DNA from: a bacterium | GTDB lineage: Bacteria > Fidelibacterota > Marinisomatia > Marinisomatales > JAHJCW01 | Assembly: GCA_030606865.1 (NCBI GenBank) | Contig: JAUWFQ010000001.1 | Coordinates: forward strand, 1-51,106 | DNA: 51,106 bases | Direction of reading: 5' to 3' | Part shown: one piece after another, positions 17,286 through 26,816 of the stretch | How positions within the stretch are numbered: the first letter of the stretch is position 1 | Layout: the number at the start of each line of letters is the position of its first letter | Program-made: the position numbers and the translations under genes | Notes under the pieces: generated by a model | The model's database searches: none | Told to the model about the DNA's origin: nothing | Seen by the model: only the letters and a program-made list of their open reading frames with translations

Positions 17286-17588
17286 ATGGCATACATTATT
17301 GCTGAACCTTGCGTGGACACTTGTGATACTGCTTGCATAGAAGTTTGTCCCGTTGATTGCATTCACGGTCCCGATGATCCGACCGGTGTAGGAGCCGAAG
17401 CCAAGGCAGATGGTTTTGACCCTACTGGGAAACAGCTTTACATCGATCCTGAAGAATGTATTGATTGCGGTGCCTGCGAACCGGAATGTCCGGTAGAAGC
17501 AATTTTTGAAGAAAGTGAAGTACCGGCTGAATGGGAAAAGTATATCAAAATCAATTATGACTTTTTTGGCCGCGATTACGACGGATAA
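17286..17588 (+). CDS. fdxA: 7Fe-type ferredoxin ([3Fe-4S][4Fe-4S], FdxA-like)
   Basis: The sequence AYIIAEPCVDTCDTACIEVCPVDCIH ... LYIDPEECIDCGACEPECPVEAIFEE matches the FdxA cysteine pattern. An AGGAG Shine-Dalgarno sequence precedes the ATG. Confidence 0.9.
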   Translation: MAYIIAEPCVDTCDTACIEVCPVDCIHGPDDPTGVGAEAKADGFDPTGKQLYIDPEECIDCGACEPECPVEAIFEESEVPAEWEKYIKINYDFFGRDYDG

Positions 17589-17611
17589 TCTATAACGATA
17601 TAAATAATGGG

Positions 17612-17641
17612 AAAACGGTTGTTTTTAAACAACCGTTTTTC
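17612..17641 (+). terminator. rho-independent terminator after the ferredoxin gene
   Basis: The stem AACGGTTGTTT / AAACAACCGTT is followed by a T-run (…CCGTTTTTC). Confidence 0.75.
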
Positions 17642-17661
17642 TGCATATAAAATATATTATT

Positions 17662-18804
17662 ATGAATAAATCAGAAGTATTAGAACTACTAAAAACAATA
17701 AAGTATCCGGGATTTAGCCGTGATATTGTTTCATTTGGAATTATAGACAAAATTGAAATAGTTGAGAAGAATATATCTATAGAATTAAAAATTCCAACTC
17801 AAAATGAAGATACAAAAAAAGAAATTATTGATAGTATTCGACACAATTTAGAGTCAGTAGCGCAATTTAATGAAATAAAAATTGATTCAAAATCCGATGA
17901 TAAAAAACCGGAGCCGAAACAGCAGCCTGTACAAGCTCCTGTTCAGCAGCGTGTAAAGCTGAATGGCGATATAAAGCATATCATCGCCGTGGCAAGTGGG
18001 AAGGGCGGTGTTGGTAAATCTACAGTGGCAGCTAATTTAGCTACTGCCTTAAAGCAAAAAGGCAATAAAGTTGGTTTACTTGACCTTGATATTTATGGTC
18101 CGTCTTTGCCGATTATATTAGGTATCCATGATATGCCACACGTCACTCCCGATAGAAAATTAATTCCGTTGGAACAATACGGAATGAAAATTATGAGTTT
18201 TGGGTTTATCAGTGGCAATGATGCGCCGGTAATTTGGCGCGGTCCGATGGTTGCCAAAATGACTGAACAGTTCTTCAGTGATGTGGAATGGGGTGATTTA
18301 GATTATTTAATTTGTGATCTTCCTCCCGGTACTGGAGATGTTCAATTAACTTTAACACAGCAGTTAGATATTAGCGGTGCATTGATTGTAACTACACCGC
18401 AAGATATCGCCTTAGCCGATGTCCGCAAAGGAGCTGATATGTTCCGTAAAGTTAATGCACCTGTTTTAGGTGTGGTGGAGAATATGTCGGGATTGATCAT
18501 TGAAGGTAAAGTAATCGCAAGCGATGGAAAGCCGGCTCAGGTTAAAATTGATATCATGGGAAAAGAAACTGTTGATACCGATAAAGATGGTAAATTTTCC
18601 ATCAGATATGATATATTCAAACGCGGTGGTGGAGAAGCTGAAAGTAAACGATTGGGTGTTCCATTGTTGGGGGTGATTCCAATATCAGGAGAAATTGTTG
18701 ATTCAACAGATTCCGGCGAACCAATTGTTTTGTCGAATCCCAAATCACCGATAAGTGAAATCTATAATTCTATGGCAGAAAAAGTTATGGAAAATTTGAG
18801 TTAA
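17662..18804 (+). CDS. mrp: Mrp/NBP35/ApbC-family P-loop ATPase with N-terminal DUF59-like domain; lacks the CxxC cluster-binding motif
   Basis: Deviant Walker A ASGKGGVGKST, the LICDLPPGTGD block, and VVENMS ... IFKRGGGEA ... GVPLLGVIP. It contains only one Cys. See the corresponding finding. Confidence 0.85.
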   Translation: MNKSEVLELLKTIKYPGFSRDIVSFGIIDKIEIVEKNISIELKIPTQNEDTKKEIIDSIRHNLESVAQFNEIKIDSKSDDKKPEPKQQPVQAPVQQRVKLNGDIKHIIAVASGKGGVGKSTVAANLATALKQKGNKVGLLDLDIYGPSLPIILGIHDMPHVTPDRKLIPLEQYGMKIMSFGFISGNDAPVIWRGPMVAKMTEQFFSDVEWGDLDYLICDLPPGTGDVQLTLTQQLDISGALIVTTPQDIALADVRKGADMFRKVNAPVLGVVENMSGLIIEGKVIASDGKPAQVKIDIMGKETVDTDKDGKFSIRYDIFKRGGGEAESKRLGVPLLGVIPISGEIVDSTDSGEPIVLSNPKSPISEIYNSMAEKVMENLS

Positions 18805-18834
18805 GGGATTGCTGAATATTTTTATTAAATAATA

Positions 18835-19623
18835 ATGAGCACTTTCATCACATCGCTGATATTGATATTAATCGGATTTGCGATGTTTTATCCATTCTTT
18901 TTTAAATTAATAGATAGATCTATACAAAATGCTAAAGGTGCAAGACGTTTCCTTCAATTAAATTATTTATTACATTTAATAGCAGGAAGTGTTGCAGTAC
19001 TTTTATTATGGATTTATGGTGTTAATTATCCGTTGCAATTATCCGGAATTGTCTATTTAATAGTAATAGTTGTCGTTGTTCTATATTATTGGAAACCACC
19101 AATACCACAATGGAATTTGTTTAGTGCTTCAATTGTATTTGGTTTCATTGTTTTTTACCGCTCAATCAAAGAAATTGTTGAAATAACACCGCTATGGCCC
19201 GGTATTTTCACTGGAGTTCTTGCCGCAGGTGCAATTAGTATTGTATCGTATCTATTGGTTTCAACTTTGCATAGTTTAACACGAAACAATACCAACAATT
19301 TTTTGATCAAATATCTATTTTTAATTATTGGAATTAGAATCGCTTGGGACATTGTGATTCTATTTAATCTGTCTGTCGAAACTAGAAATAGTGAAATAGT
19401 GAGTGCATTAAGTTTCTTTTGGCAAGCTGATTCGTTAAAATTGATTTTAATTATTTTGTCCGGATTTGTAATTCCAATTCTTTTGTATTTTCCATTCCGT
19501 ATGAATTTAAGCAAACCCAATTCAAAAATAAGAATTTTAATGTTATTGTTGCTTTTTGCATCGGTTTGGACTGCTGAATTTCTTTATAAATATTTTTTAC
19601 TTCAATACGGGATTGTGCTTTAA
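18835..19623 (+). CDS. hypothetical multi-pass membrane protein (about 8 TM)
   Basis: 262 aa, almost entirely hydrophobic helices, with no motif I recognise. The start lies 30 nt after the mrp stop. Confidence 0.5.
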   Translation: MSTFITSLILILIGFAMFYPFFFKLIDRSIQNAKGARRFLQLNYLLHLIAGSVAVLLLWIYGVNYPLQLSGIVYLIVIVVVVLYYWKPPIPQWNLFSASIVFGFIVFYRSIKEIVEITPLWPGIFTGVLAAGAISIVSYLLVSTLHSLTRNNTNNFLIKYLFLIIGIRIAWDIVILFNLSVETRNSEIVSALSFFWQADSLKLILIILSGFVIPILLYFPFRMNLSKPNSKIRILMLLLLFASVWTAEFLYKYFLLQYGIVL

Positions 19624-19853
19624 TAATTAAAGTCCCTCTACGTCCTGCTTTAGCTGGACTACGATGGATAAAAATGAAGGAATGAAAAAATTAAGGAATT
19701 GATAAACAAAAATAATTCTTCTTTTCTTCCTCAATCTTTTCCAATTTATTAATTTGTTAATTATTTAATTTTTAATTAATAAACCGGAACAGTTAGGACT
19801 TTTTTACGTTGAAACCAAACAGAACTTGTCTTGATTTTATACTGGAGTAATTG

Positions 19854-19884
19854 TTGACTGCCAGTTAATGAAAGGGTAATTTTG
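19854..19884 (+). promoter_or_regulatory. candidate promoter of the uppS-bamA-lpx cluster
   Basis: TTGACT (19854-19859), a 17-nt spacer, then TAATTT (19877-19882). The latter extends to TAATTTTG, which also fits the Bacteroidetes-type TAnnTTTG -7 element. It ends 35 nt upstream of the uppS ATG. Confidence 0.3.
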
Positions 19885-19918
19885 CCCGCTTGTTTTACGT
19901 CTGTATTAAATTAAAGCT

Positions 19919-20662
19919 ATGAATATAAAAGAGCTAAGAGAATTAATTAATAAAAATGCAAACTTACCGGAGCATATCGCAATTATTATGGATGGTAATG
20001 GTCGCTGGGCAAAACAGCGATCCCTTCCAAGATTTGCCGGACATCGGGAGGGGATTAATTCTGTCAGAGAAATAACGCGTGTTTGTGGAGAAATTGGCAT
20101 TAAACATTTAACATTATATACTTTTTCAAAGGAAAATTGGGCACGCCCTCAAACCGAAGTATCAGCATTGATGAAATTGTTATTGACTTCAATTAGAAAA
20201 GAAATAAAAAATCTGCATAAAAATAATGTAAAACTCACAACAATTGGTGCTTTTCAAGATTTACCTAAATCTGCAAGAAAAGGAATTGAGGAAGGAATAG
20301 AAATCACAAAAGATAACACAGGATTAAATTTAAACTTGGCTCTTAGCTATGGAAGCAGACAGGAAATAATGCAAGCCATACAACATATTGCGAAAATGAT
20401 CGACTCAGGCAAATTAAAGGTTGATGACATTAACCAAAAACAGTTCGAGAATTTGCTTTACACTAACAAGATGCCTGATCCGGATCTGTTAATTCGTACA
20501 GGTGGTGAGTTTAGGGTAAGTAATTTTTTATTATGGCAAATTGCCTATACTGAAATTTATGTAACTAATACATATTGGCCTGCTTTCCGGGAGAAAGAAT
20601 TACTTGAAGCAATTGTAGATTTTCAATCCCGGGAGCGCAGATTTGGAAAAGTAGCAGAATAA
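19919..20662 (+). CDS. uppS: isoprenyl transferase (undecaprenyl-diphosphate synthase)
   Basis: IAIIMDGNGRWA, the FSKENWARP block and RTGGEFRVSNFLLWQIAYTE are present. Confidence 0.95.
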   Translation: MNIKELRELINKNANLPEHIAIIMDGNGRWAKQRSLPRFAGHREGINSVREITRVCGEIGIKHLTLYTFSKENWARPQTEVSALMKLLLTSIRKEIKNLHKNNVKLTTIGAFQDLPKSARKGIEEGIEITKDNTGLNLNLALSYGSRQEIMQAIQHIAKMIDSGKLKVDDINQKQFENLLYTNKMPDPDLLIRTGGEFRVSNFLLWQIAYTEIYVTNTYWPAFREKELLEAIVDFQSRERRFGKVAE

Positions 20663-20667
20663 TTATT

Positions 20668-23085
20668 ATGAAGAAATTTTTATCAATATCACTTTTATCT
20701 ATATTATTAATTAATACTGTTTTTGCTCAGTCCCCGCAGGAAATAAAATTAAAAGGTATTGAGGTTGAAGGAAACACCTTAACTAATTCGGATGTAATCA
20801 TTTTTACATCAGGATTAAAGGAAGATAATGTTTTAAAAGCCGGTGATTTTTCGCGCGGAATCAAGCAATTATGGAAATCCGGACTTTTTAATGATGTACA
20901 AATTTATATTAATGAGGAAACAGAAGAAGGTATTTCTGTTATAATTGCAGTAGATGAAACTCCTGTTTTAGGGGAAACACTCATTACAGGTGATAAAAAA
21001 GTAAGCAAAACCAAGATTGAGGAAGCAATTGGATTACGAACCGGGCAAAGAATTCCCGATTTCAAAATAGAAGCCGGACAATCAAAAGTATTAGATTTAT
21101 ATTCAGAAGAGGGATTTCTACTTGCTACAGTTGATATGTCAATAGAAGAAGCTAAAGTTGACACTTCCATTACCAATCAAAAAATAGTGGAGAACACACG
21201 CGACCTAAAAGTTGATATTAGGGAAGGCAATCGCGTAAAGATCGGTAAAATCATATTTAATGGTAATGAAAATATTTCTGATCGCAAATTACGCAAAGTA
21301 CTAAAAGATACAAAACAGCAACGCTGGTATTTTTTCTGGCGATCATCGTTTGACGAGAACAAATTCAAAGACGATAAAGAAAAACTGAAAGCATTTTATC
21401 AAAAACGTGGTTATCGGGATGCAATGGTAGTTGCCGATTCCATTTCTTATAGCGAAGATAAGAAGAAAATGAATATATGGTTGACGGTAAATGAGGGACC
21501 AAAATATTATTATCGTAATTTTAGCTGGGATGGAAATGAATTATATACTGATGAACAATTAAATAGCGCGTTGGGGATTTCTAACGGAGAAGCTTATAAT
21601 GAAGAGGATTTGCAAAAAGGTATTTATGAGCGCGCCCAATCCTTATATATGGATAAAGGATATATTTACAGCAATATAATCCCGGAAATTTCGCCTGTTG
21701 GAAAAGATTCAATTGATATACATTTTTCCGTTATTGAGAATCAAAAGGTTTACGTTAGAAATATCATTATTTCAGGCAATACAAGAACACACGAGAATGT
21801 TATTCGTCGTGAATTAAAATTATATCCAGGAGATGTGTTCAGCAGGCAAAAATTAATTCGTAGTCAGCGGGAAGTATGGATATTAAATTATTTCGGGAAT
21901 GTGATTCCCGATGTAATACCGGTTGATGATGATAAAGTTGATTTAGAAATAATAGTTGAAGAAAAATCTTCTGAACGGGCAAACTTAAATGTGGGATACA
22001 CAAAAGAATATGGAATGACCGGTGGCGGAGGTATTGAGTTTATGAATTTTCGCGGGAAGGGACAGAGATTTATGTTAAGTGCCTCCACCGGACTTTCAGG
22101 TGGGTCTAGTTACAATTATCAAACCGCAAGCCAAAGGTCCCAATATCATTCATTTAGCTTGAGTTTTACTGATCCTATGATAAATGATACTCCTAATCTT
22201 GTTGGTGGTTCTTTGTTCTATTCTTTCCGCGGTAAATCAACACAATATTATTATCCATTAGATTTGACAGTAATGGGTGGGTCATTAATGTGGGGTCGTA
22301 GATTCCGGTGGCCCGATGACTTTTTCCGTGGGCAATGGGGATTGCAAGTAACAAAAAAAATATATAATGGTACACAGGATGATTTGGATCTTTATACCGG
22401 CGGATTGGAACAATCAGTTGGTATAAATATTTCTCAGACAATTACGAGAGATAGTCGAGATAGACCGGAGTTTACAACTTCCGGATCACGTATGGTTTGG
22501 AATACAACGTTATCCGGTGGGGTCCTTGGCGGAAATGAAGACTTTCATAAACATGTATTAAGTTTGGAATTATACTCACCACTAATCAGTAAATTCGTAT
22601 TGGTTAATACTATTAAAGCAGGTGTCATTGGCAAGCTAGCTTCACGAGGAGACGAAACATCAATTATTCCTTATGATGAAAGATTTATAATGGGTGGTAA
22701 CGGCATTCCATATGGCAATATGCTGCGCGGTTATGATGATAATGCTATTGGACCTATATCGAGCAGAGGGAGTCCTATCGGCGGAAATTCGATATTAAGA
22801 TTTACTACAGAATTACGCTTTCCTTTATCGGAAAACCCGGTAATTTATGCATTGGCATTTGCAGAAATGGGGAACGTATGGGCAAATAAAGATATGACCG
22901 AACCGTTTCATTTAACACGCACAGGCCCATTAAATTTAAAGCGGGCAGCCGGGGTAGGTATAAGATTTTTCATGCCAATGATCGGTATGTTAGGTTTTGA
23001 TATTGGTTATGGTTTTGATGATATAACGGGTAGTGGAGAGCCCCAAGGCTGGAAAACAACAATTACATTTGGACAACAATTCTAA
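20668..23085 (+). CDS. bamA: outer membrane protein assembly factor BamA
   Basis: 805 aa with a signal peptide, repeated POTRA-like modules, the RGY motif region and a C-terminal beta-barrel ending in ...TITFGQQF. Confidence 0.95.
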   Translation: MKKFLSISLLSILLINTVFAQSPQEIKLKGIEVEGNTLTNSDVIIFTSGLKEDNVLKAGDFSRGIKQLWKSGLFNDVQIYINEETEEGISVIIAVDETPVLGETLITGDKKVSKTKIEEAIGLRTGQRIPDFKIEAGQSKVLDLYSEEGFLLATVDMSIEEAKVDTSITNQKIVENTRDLKVDIREGNRVKIGKIIFNGNENISDRKLRKVLKDTKQQRWYFFWRSSFDENKFKDDKEKLKAFYQKRGYRDAMVVADSISYSEDKKKMNIWLTVNEGPKYYYRNFSWDGNELYTDEQLNSALGISNGEAYNEEDLQKGIYERAQSLYMDKGYIYSNIIPEISPVGKDSIDIHFSVIENQKVYVRNIIISGNTRTHENVIRRELKLYPGDVFSRQKLIRSQREVWILNYFGNVIPDVIPVDDDKVDLEIIVEEKSSERANLNVGYTKEYGMTGGGGIEFMNFRGKGQRFMLSASTGLSGGSSYNYQTASQRSQYHSFSLSFTDPMINDTPNLVGGSLFYSFRGKSTQYYYPLDLTVMGGSLMWGRRFRWPDDFFRGQWGLQVTKKIYNGTQDDLDLYTGGLEQSVGINISQTITRDSRDRPEFTTSGSRMVWNTTLSGGVLGGNEDFHKHVLSLELYSPLISKFVLVNTIKAGVIGKLASRGDETSIIPYDERFIMGGNGIPYGNMLRGYDDNAIGPISSRGSPIGGNSILRFTTELRFPLSENPVIYALAFAEMGNVWANKDMTEPFHLTRTGPLNLKRAAGVGIRFFMPMIGMLGFDIGYGFDDITGSGEPQGWKTTITFGQQF

Positions 23086-23105
23086 TTACGAAATAGGAGG
23101 AATTA

Positions 23106-23636
23106 GTGAATCTAAAACAAGTTAAAATTGCATTATTAACAGCATTTTTGCTGATACCAATGTTCTTAATTGGGCAAGTTAAAATTGGTTACATCGCATC
23201 GGAACGTGTGCGGATGGAATTTGAAGAATTCAAAGAAGCCGAGTCACAATTACAGTTAGAATTTAGAAAAGTGCAAGAAGAATATCAGGTTATGCTCGTT
23301 GAACTCGACAGTTTAAAACAAGCCTACGAGACACAAAGACTAATGAGCTCACCTGAATGGCGTAAAGAGAAAGAAACAGAAATTGGTACCAAGGAACAGC
23401 GACTGCAACAGTATCAAGCTCAAAAAGTTGGACCGGAAGGCGAATTGTATCGGAAGCAATCACAAATGGAATATGAATTATTATCAAAAGTAAAAACCGC
23501 TGTTGATAATGTGGCTATTTCAAAAGGATATGATTTTATTTTTGATGGATCAGTATCTTTGCTTTATGGTAAGCCGACTCATGATCTAACCGATGATGTT
23601 TTATTTGAGTTAAGAAAAGCCAAAGGCAATAAATAG
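23106..23636 (+). CDS. skp: OmpH/Skp-family periplasmic chaperone
   Basis: 176 aa with a signal peptide and a long coiled-coil core rich in E/K/Q, in the canonical position between bamA and lpxD. It has a GTG start 5 nt after an AGGAGG sequence. Confidence 0.85.
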   Translation: MNLKQVKIALLTAFLLIPMFLIGQVKIGYIASERVRMEFEEFKEAESQLQLEFRKVQEEYQVMLVELDSLKQAYETQRLMSSPEWRKEKETEIGTKEQRLQQYQAQKVGPEGELYRKQSQMEYELLSKVKTAVDNVAISKGYDFIFDGSVSLLYGKPTHDLTDDVLFELRKAKGNK

Positions 23637-23642
23637 AAAAAT

Positions 23643-24650
23643 TTGATTACCCTGCGCAAATTAGCGTCTATAATAGGGGGTAAAGTAATTGGCGCGCCGG
23701 AACAAGTTATTAGCGGAGTATCTGACATTAAAGATGGCGCGCCCGATACAGTCACTTTCCTATTTAATCCAAAGCATCAAGAACTAATAAACCGAACCTC
23801 TGCGTCCGTAATAATTGTATCTGATGCCGCGATATTGAATGATAAAAGCGGTATAGTAGTTGATAATCCTCGCTTAGCGATGGCTAAAGTTCTTAAGTTA
23901 TTTGAACTTCCAAATAATATAGAAAAAGGTATACATATTACAGCAATCATCCATAAGTCCGTGAAAATAGGAAAAAATGTTGATATTGGTGCTTTCACGG
24001 TTATTGGACATAATTCACAAATTGCTGATGGTACAACTATACATAATAATATTTCAATTGGCGATAATGTAGTTATTGGAACTAATGTTACAATATATCC
24101 TCAGGTTGCCATTTACTCGCGTGCCAATATCGGAAATAATGTCATAATTGATATGGGTACAGTAATTGGTTCTAGTGGTTATGGCTATGAAACAGAAAAT
24201 GATATTCATCACAAAATACCACAGATAGGTTCCGTAATAATTGAGGATGACGTTGAAATAGGTGCTAATTGCACAATAGACAGAGGAACAATTGGTAACA
24301 CCGTAATAGGTAAAGGAACAAAATTAGACAATCTTGTTCATATAGCTCACAATGTGAAAATTGGTAAAGGATGTTTATTAATGGGATTAGTAGGAATCGC
24401 AGGGAGTACAACTATTGGTAATTATTGTATTTTTGCAGGACAGTCCGGAGTAAAAAACGGTATCAAAATCGGTGACCGAGCGATATTTGTTTCAAAAGCG
24501 GGAGCTACTAAATCACTACCAGGAAATAAAATATATGCTGGAATGCCGGCAAGAGAAATTCATGAAAAAAACAAACGTGATGCTGCCTTTTCTCAAATTG
24601 TCTCATTAAAAAAACGATTAAAACAATTAGAAGAAAAACTTGCCAGATAG
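23643..24650 (+). CDS. lpxD: UDP-3-O-acylglucosamine N-acyltransferase
   Basis: LpxD-type N-terminus [12 protein letters not shown], then a long run of hexapeptide repeats and a C-terminal helix. TTG start. Confidence 0.95.
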   Translation: MITLRKLASIIGGKVIGAPEQVISGVSDIKDGAPDTVTFLFNPKHQELINRTSASVIIVSDAAILNDKSGIVVDNPRLAMAKVLKLFELPNNIEKGIHITAIIHKSVKIGKNVDIGAFTVIGHNSQIADGTTIHNNISIGDNVVIGTNVTIYPQVAIYSRANIGNNVIIDMGTVIGSSGYGYETENDIHHKIPQIGSVIIEDDVEIGANCTIDRGTIGNTVIGKGTKLDNLVHIAHNVKIGKGCLLMGLVGIAGSTTIGNYCIFAGQSGVKNGIKIGDRAIFVSKAGATKSLPGNKIYAGMPAREIHEKNKRDAAFSQIVSLKKRLKQLEEKLAR

Positions 24651-25563
24651 ATATCAAAAAACGATCTGCAGCAAGGTATCACTTAATGGAGTTGGTTTAC
24701 ACACCGGTATAAATAGCACATTAAATATCAAACCAGCAAAAAATAATAGCGGATTAATTTTTAAACGGCTCGACCTAAAAAACAATCCAACCGTTCCTGC
24801 CGATGTAGACCATGTAATCGCTACTAATCGCGGAACGATGTTGGAACAGAACGGTGTTCGCATACATACTGTGGAACACGTGTTGGCAGCATTGAGAGGA
24901 CTTGGCATTGATAATGCTACCATCGAGCTATCAGGTCCGGAACCGCCGATTATGGACGGTAGCGCCTTACCTTTTGTGCAGGCAATTAAAAGGGTTGGGA
25001 TAATTGATCAAAGTGCAATTCAAGACGTTTTTAAAGTTACAGAACCAATTCAGTTCAGTGACTCTGAGAATGGTATTGAAATATATATTTTGCCTGCTGA
25101 TCAATTCAAAATTACTTTTTTTATGGATTATGATTTACCAAATTTCGGATTGCAATATGTATCCATCGAAAATGTAGAAAGTGAGTTTGTAAAAGAAATT
25201 GCACCCGCCCGAACATTTGGATTATTAAGCGAAGTTACACGGCTCAAACAGAATGGTTTGATTAAGGGTGGTGGGCTGGAAAATGCTGTGATTATAGTGG
25301 ATAAAAAAGTTGATAAGAAAGAACGAAATATTTTAAGTAAATTATTTGGTTTAAATACACAGCTTGTTTTTAATAATGGAGATATATTGAATAGTGAAGC
25401 ACTACGTTTTGAGAATGAACCTGTGCGACATAAAGTGTTAGATTTAGTGGGAGATATGGCGCTTTTGAGTAAACCTATTGTAGGTCATATTGTTGCTATA
25501 AGAAGTGGACATAGTGTAAATATTAAATTGGTAAAAAAAATAAAACAAAAGATGGATATATGA
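24640..25563 (+). CDS. lpxC: UDP-3-O-acyl-N-acetylglucosamine deacetylase
   Basis: [17 protein letters not shown] and [13 protein letters not shown] motifs. It has a TTG start overlapping lpxD by 11 nt. Confidence 0.95.
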   Translation: MPDRYQKTICSKVSLNGVGLHTGINSTLNIKPAKNNSGLIFKRLDLKNNPTVPADVDHVIATNRGTMLEQNGVRIHTVEHVLAALRGLGIDNATIELSGPEPPIMDGSALPFVQAIKRVGIIDQSAIQDVFKVTEPIQFSDSENGIEIYILPADQFKITFFMDYDLPNFGLQYVSIENVESEFVKEIAPARTFGLLSEVTRLKQNGLIKGGGLENAVIIVDKKVDKKERNILSKLFGLNTQLVFNNGDILNSEALRFENEPVRHKVLDLVGDMALLSKPIVGHIVAIRSGHSVNIKLVKKIKQKMDI

Positions 25564-26015
25564 TAAAAGAACCAAATAAAAGCGATTTTAACGTTGAAGA
25601 AATATTAGAGATTTTGCCACAGCGCTACCCGTTCGTAATGATTGACCGAATCACTAATTTTATTTCTGGTGAAAGGTGCACAGCGATTAAAAATGTTTCG
25701 GTGAACGAACCATATTTTCAAGGTCATTTCCCAGGGAAACCAATCATGCCAGGTGTTTTAATTTTAGAATCGATGGCGCAGGCGGGGGCATTTTTGGTTT
25801 TGTATAATTTGGAAAACCCGTTATCAAAAGGTATGTTCTTTTCTGCTGTTGAAAAATCAAAATTCCGTAAACCGATTATACCGGGGGATCAAATAGTATT
25901 GGAAATGAAATTACTTAAGTTTAGACTAGGAACTGTTAAAATAAGCGGTAAAGCTTACGTTGATGATCAATTAGTCGCCGAAGCTATACTTTTAGCAACT
26001 CTTGTAAATCGTTAG
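25560..26015 (+). CDS. fabZ: 3-hydroxyacyl-ACP dehydratase
   Basis: LPQRYPFVMIDR and FQGHFPGKPIMPGVLILE motifs. The ATG overlaps the lpxC TGA (ATGA). Confidence 0.95.
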   Translation: MIKEPNKSDFNVEEILEILPQRYPFVMIDRITNFISGERCTAIKNVSVNEPYFQGHFPGKPIMPGVLILESMAQAGAFLVLYNLENPLSKGMFFSAVEKSKFRKPIIPGDQIVLEMKLLKFRLGTVKISGKAYVDDQLVAEAILLATLVNR

Positions 26016-26023
26016 GGGTAGTT

Positions 26024-26797
26024 ATTTCTATCAACATTCACCCGACAGCTATTATTGGTGAAAATGTTACAATCGGAAAAAATGTAACTATTGGACCATT
26101 TACCATTATTGATGATGAAGTGATAATTGGTGATGGGACAAGCATCGGTAATCACAACACAATAAAAAAGTATACTGAGATCGGTAAGAATTGCCAAATA
26201 TTCCATAATTGCGTGATAAGCGAATTACCACAAGACATGAAATTCGACGGCGAAAAAACTACGGTGAAAATCGGTGATGAAGCCGTAATCCGTGAATTTG
26301 TTACAATTCATCGCGGTACTAAAGCGCGAGGGGAAACAACAATTGGTAAAAATGTAGTATTGATGGCTTATTCACATGTCGCACACGACTGCGTTTTAGG
26401 AAATAACGTAACAATGATAAACCTCGTTACATTAGGAGGACATGTGGAAATCGATGACTGGGTAATGCTTTCCGGGGGTGTTATGGTGCATCAGTTTGTA
26501 AAGATCGGAGCGCATGCCTTTATTGGTGGATTATTCAGGGTTTCGCAAGATGTACCTCCGTTTGTGCTGGCTGTTGGTGAGCCATTAAAATATGGTGGAA
26601 TCAATAGTGTAGGTTTACGGCGAAGAGGATTTTCATTGAAAGATAGAATCAATATTAAACATGCCTACCGACTTTATTTTAGATCAGGATTAAAACCATC
26701 TGAAGCTCTGAAAAAAATTAAATCTGAATTTCATAACGATAAAAATATTCTGAGTATAGTAAATTTTATCGAAAATAGTAAACGCGGAATTATTTAA
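26024..26797 (+). CDS. lpxA: acyl-ACP--UDP-N-acetylglucosamine O-acyltransferase (start codon uncertain; the ORF track's first canonical start is GTG 26120)
   Basis: TIHRGT and HVAHDC motifs plus hexapeptide repeats. The frame is open from 25967. The in-frame upstream peptide ISINIHPTAIIGENVTIGKNVTIGPFTIIDDEV is the conserved LpxA N-terminus (compare E. coli VHPTAIV...). It contains no ATG, GTG or TTG. A candidate ATT start at 26024 lies 5 nt after AGGGG. Confidence 0.85.
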   Translation: MSINIHPTAIIGENVTIGKNVTIGPFTIIDDEVIIGDGTSIGNHNTIKKYTEIGKNCQIFHNCVISELPQDMKFDGEKTTVKIGDEAVIREFVTIHRGTKARGETTIGKNVVLMAYSHVAHDCVLGNNVTMINLVTLGGHVEIDDWVMLSGGVMVHQFVKIGAHAFIGGLFRVSQDVPPFVLAVGEPLKYGGINSVGLRRRGFSLKDRINIKHAYRLYFRSGLKPSEALKKIKSEFHNDKNILSIVNFIENSKRGII

Positions 26798-26816
26798 TTC
26801 CAATAATTTCTATATT

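Noticed and set aside
19630-19663. Possible third, degenerate copy of the GTAGrGAC palindrome family (AGTCCCTCTACGTCCTGCTTTAGCTGGACTACG)
   Set aside because: It contains CTCTAC and GGAC fragments and a short imperfect hairpin. However, it has no matching left arm and no 28-nt symmetry. The resemblance is too weak to call.
22351-22358. Homopolymer tracts (A8 in bamA at about 22351, A8 at the lpxC 3' end at about 25537, T8 in ptb at about 39486, T8 in coaE at about 44508) as possible phase-variation switches
   Set aside because: Tracts of eight nucleotides are expected in DNA this AT-rich. They lie in essential housekeeping genes, and none exceeds the lengths usually associated with slipped-strand switching.
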